61,376 nt of DNA, taken from NCBI GenBank assembly GCA_030264375.1, contig JASCQW010000043.1, positions 32,271,960 to 32,333,335 on the forward strand. The letters run 5' to 3'. The notes beneath the pieces are model-generated. The model ran no database searches. It was not told the DNA's origin and was given only the letters and a program-made list of their open reading frames with translations. The stretch comes from Carcharhinus longimanus (lineage: Eukaryota). Below are positions 60,284 through 61,376 of this stretch, one piece after another (within the stretch, counting starts at the first letter, position 1; each line of letters opens with the position of its first letter). The position numbers and the translations under genes were made by a program.

Positions 60284-61236
60284 TAATGTTAACATAGAAA
60301 ATCCTCATTAGGTCTCTTTCAGTGATTTTATTGTTGGAGTTGTTTAGGAATTTTGCCAAGAAGTTCACAGGATGCTTTATCTGGATCTCTGCGAACACAA
60401 GCATTTAAGATAAAAACATGGCAAGACCTCACACAATACTGTATGGAAGTGCAAATTTACTCCTTTGTCATCTAAAAAAAATTCTCTCTGAACACTGTGA
60501 AACTCCGTGTAATGAGTTTTCTTGTAGAAGAAAGCCCCAATTCTCTTTAAAGCAAATGAAGCTGTAAATACATTTACAAATCCACTTAATTCATTCAAGC
60601 GTTAGATTCCAAGAGGATTTGTGTAGGCTTGAGCCTAATGTTTCTCCCAGTGCAAGTGCTGCGCTGCATGACTTCACTAAAAGGACACAGGTATATTTTA
60701 AGGTTGCAGTTACGTGTTTATTTATTACTTACACATTTATTTTTAGAAGACGAAGGAATAAGCAACAGACGGACGTGTTCAAAGTTGTTGCCTCAGCTTT
60801 ATTTTTAACAGGTCAATCCACTTAAGAGCAATTTACTAAATGCCAACTTCCTCTGGAAAGCAATGGATCTGAAGTGCCAAATGCTTAGATCAAATAGTAG
60901 CAGTAGATGGAGAAATCTTCAAAAGAGTTTGTATGTATAAGACTCAGTTTTATATTGCACTGGTTTTAATCACCCGAGGGGGTCAGAGAGAAATCCTCCA
61001 GAGTATTTGTTACCTCATTGGCCCAAGGTTTTTCTCTCTCTTTCTCAGGAGATTGTACACTTACAGGGACTTGCTGGCAGGAGGGGCAGTATAGGGGGCA
61101 GTGGGAAGTGTTAGTTTTCATGCTACAATCATCATGGGATGTGTGTCAGGCTAGGTTGGATCAGATAGTCTTTGCCTATCCATCTACCCATGATGGCCAG
61201 AGTACTGGATGGCAGAGAATCCTCTGAGGCATTCCC

Positions 61237-61310
61237 AGTAAAAAGTCTGACAACACCAGGTTTTAGTCCAACCTATTTATTTGATAATATTCTCACAAGC
61301 TGCGGGAGTT
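61237..61310 (-). mobile_element. Penelope-like terminal repeat fragment, hammerhead core eroded
   Basis: AGTAAAAAGTCTGACAACACCAGGTTTTAGTCCAAC matches the reverse of 35280-35325. Confidence 0.65.
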
Positions 61311-61376
61311 CTTCCACAAACCCCAAGAGGCCAGCAACGAACACAATGAGACAGTCGATGAACCAGAACAGCCGAC

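Overview
Eukaryotic, non-genic DNA from a cartilaginous fish (shark), judged from the HE1/V-SINEs, a SacSINE1-like DeuSINE and CR1/HER1-type LINEs. It is a draft assembly with nine N-gaps. I can support no intact protein-coding gene; most ORFs in the track are repeat-derived or chance. The window holds about 13 V-SINE copies with two different tails; CR1, L2, Rex/Babar, RTE and L1-like LINE fragments; a Gypsy 3' LTR with the end of integrase; a decayed two-gene PIF/Harbinger transposon (24.4-27.6 kb) with candidate MITEs; and an hnRNPA3-like processed pseudogene (about 34.1-35.0 kb). Penelope-like terminal repeats from three sequence families carry minimal hammerhead-ribozyme cores, one directly behind an RFX/CCAAT/TATA promoter. 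Two repeat-poor, CpG-retaining domains (about 8.3-17.7 kb and 44.3-47.6 kb) look like regulatory DNA of a nearby developmental gene that I cannot name. Family names come from motif recognition, not database searches, and most repeat boundaries are approximate.
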